Positions 61,523-64,000 of a stretch of DNA of 64,000 bases are shown in pieces (the first letter of the stretch is position 1; each line of letters starts with the position of its first letter). Both the position numbers and the translations under genes were made by a program. The stretch comes from Balanoglossus misakiensis. Taxonomy: Eukaryota; Animalia; Hemichordata. The stretch spans positions 4,263,957 through 4,327,956 of the forward strand of contig CM082591.2 in NCBI GenBank assembly GCA_040954595.2, given 5' to 3'. The notes beneath the pieces are model-generated. The model saw only the letters and a program-made list of their open reading frames with translations. It did no database searches and was not told the DNA's origin.

Positions 61523-64000
61523 AAATTATTAAGGTGTACACCACATCATTTTAGACCACAAATATTTAGCCATATTTAGCCATTTTAAAATTTCCAATAT
61601 TTTTTTTATTTTGTCTTTTTGATGACAACCACAGAAGCATTTGACAGCATGTATGAATGTTTGATTGACATTGCCATGCATACCTTGATAGAAGAGTTTA
61701 CGGTTTTCAGTTTTAATTTTGATCCTCAAACGACACTTTCATTCCGTTATAATTTGGTGGATGGTTAATTCATTCAACTGTTACTGTGCTAGAGACAGAC
61801 ATGTGTGATACACCTGTACTCTTTGCAGCATTTATTCAGTCACTTATTCATGTGAACACCTTTGATACTTTTTTTCCACCAATGATAGAACTTACCTTCT
61901 ATTTGTTGCTCTCAATTATATGCAACCACCTGGGTGTTTCATTTGACCAATGAACACGTGTCACCATAATGTAGATTGGTGATACAAAAGAAGCCCATGC
62001 ATAAATTAGTCAGTTCACCTCTGTAGTCAAACCGGCAACACACTTGAACTGACGATGTCCCAGTTCTATATCAGGTTAGTTTTCTTCCTTGTACTTTACA
62101 TGTAGGATGATGTTTTGTATTTTGGTGCGTTCTACTGACTTATTCCAACACAAGTACTCGGAACAGGTGTACTTTGGTGTCCATGAACTTGCGTAAATAT
62201 AAGTACAGGCCTTGTTGGCTGTGTCGGTTACTTGATAATTTACGTGCACTCACGGATGACTGTGCGCGCCAAAGGAAATAAAAAAGTTACATTTGAAGTG
62301 TGGATAATTGATACATTTTGTGCCAGACACGGGGCATGGACAAACAACACTTTGACCTCTGACATACTGGCAACCCCATGCGCACACAAAGACAATAACG
62401 CAAAATGATTTTTTGAAAGTTTTCTTCCCCGTTTATTATTGGTGTCTCCTTATCACGACAAAATACTGTCGGATATTTTTCTTTCTAGCTATTACATCCG
62501 TCGTGAGACCTATTCTGGTCCCAAACCCAAGAGGGACCAGCTCTGCCCAAGATGCCAGACTTCTGTGCGACGGTTATTTAGGTCAGGCGCGAAGAAAAGA
62601 GGTCGTTGGTCTTCATGCTTCGTACGCCGATAACCCCAAGGTCAGTCTTTCACCTTGATACGTCACGCTTTGCAAAAACCCGGTTTGAACAATGAAAGGC
62701 CCAGTTCTGCGCCAAGAACAGGTAAAAAGGGTTGCTTTTTTGTATGTGGACTCCAATCATTCTCTGTGAGACAATTAGCTGTGGTAACGCTGCTGTACCG
62801 TTGGGACTGACCCCCCCCCCCCCCCCCAACGGTACCACAGCTATGAGACAGTCGGCCTGTGGGGGCTTCGAGTCCCTGGGCGCGCATGCGGCTATGACTC
62901 GCCCAATCCGTCGCTCACTGAGCCCTGTCTATGAAGAGTTTGAATAATCACATACCATATACATAGTATGAGCAATGCACGTGTACCTGTACAGTGGGCT
63001 TGGAGCCCGCAAGCGCCTGTGGAAACATTCCCGTATCTGTGGTGGTCAGCTCATGATCATGTGTTTGAGGTTTGGGGGCAGAGACGCTCGCTCGAGTGTA
63101 TGTCGTTAATTTCTATCTGACGAAAAACCTAGAATTCCTTCATATTGAAGGCATACACGAGGAGTCTTAGTGTTGACGAGTTATTGTCAGTATTGTACAC
63201 GACTCATTCATTCACCGCTCTTGCTCACTATACCGCAACCATACAGGCCTAAATGTTAGACACGTAGATCAGATAGTACAGTGGCCATGATTTATGACAT
63301 GGTCAGTGAGGGTCATACCCTTTGATACACCGTTTATCGTCGATGTGTTATAAATTACCATATGTCTGCCATTGTACATGCATAAGTACACAAAGCTTTT
63401 TGCACACTTCAGTCGGTCGTCGGTACTGCCACAAACAAGTTGTGTCGGGAACAGTCTGAAACGTAAGTATTCGAAGTAACATGACCGCTCGCTCAGGGCA
63501 CGGCTCAGGGTGACTATTTGAGTGGGTTACCGAGGTATGCCACATCCTCGCCAGCCAGGGTCTTTGCCCTCCGAAAATTTAGTTCGTGGGGGAGACTTGT
63601 GTGGAGCCAACGACCCGTGCGAGCGGACGACGGGTGCAGCAGAACGTATGCAAATTAGGCGAGGTTCATCTCTTATGGCAGTCTTTCATTTCTACACATT
63701 TGGTTAGGGTCAAGGGGTAGGGAAGACCTACAGTGAAGGTTGCTGGAATCCGGGTGGAGATTTAGCAATATCGCCAGCCATTTTGCTGGGTATTTTGATA
63801 ATTCAATCAGCATGCACTCAGCTGGGCATTTGCGTGCATTGGATAAATTTAGGTCGCCACTCTTATCAGATCACAGGGATATATTCAGGGAACGATACCC
63901 CCACCTACGCATTTATGCGTTCAATACTTCTTGAATTGCAGAAATTTGACCGTTTCTGAAAGGTTAAAGGTACTGTGAACCAAATATGGCGTCAGGAAAA

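Larger units (their letters stand above)
56970..61922 (+). repeat. Head-to-tail tandem segmental duplication (unit 1 ~56970-59245, unit 2 ~59249-61922)
   Basis: Both units start gagctggagacacagctc and end ctcaattatat, with near-identical non-coding sequence. Confidence 0.93.

Noticed and set aside
62850-62890. GGGGGCTTCGAGTCCC resembling a tRNA T-arm
   Set aside because: No acceptor stem, D-arm or anticodon arm can be built.
61950-64000. Short ORFs and a hairpin around the poly-C at ~62795-62837
   Set aside because: No domain similarity or supportable element boundaries.

Overview
This is intron-rich eukaryotic DNA, most likely from a marine invertebrate deuterostome (hemichordate- or echinoderm-like; inferred from gene and repeat content only). 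Reading GT/GC-AG junctions joins the fragmented ORFs into 11 spliced or intact protein genes: a 15-exon GABA-B-like class C GPCR (+); a Zn-dependent MDR alcohol dehydrogenase resembling the bacterial phosphonate-catabolism-associated family (-); a helical-3xFN3-ZU5-UPA-death domain protein with a 26-aa tandem repeat tail (-); two tandem class I SAM methyltransferases (+); FKBP4 (-); LIPT1 (-); two tandem secreted aqualysin/proteinase K-like S8 proteases each carrying two PAN/Apple domains (-); and two tandem dienelactone hydrolases (+). Non-coding features include two copies of a ~125-nt U22-like box C/D snoRNA in FKBP4 introns, a heat-shock element upstream of FKBP4, two GC-AG introns, a truncated Gypsy-like LTR element, several MITE and Helentron-type insertions, and microsatellites. 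Exon coordinates were read by eye and may be off by a few nt; family assignments come from motif recognition, not database searches.
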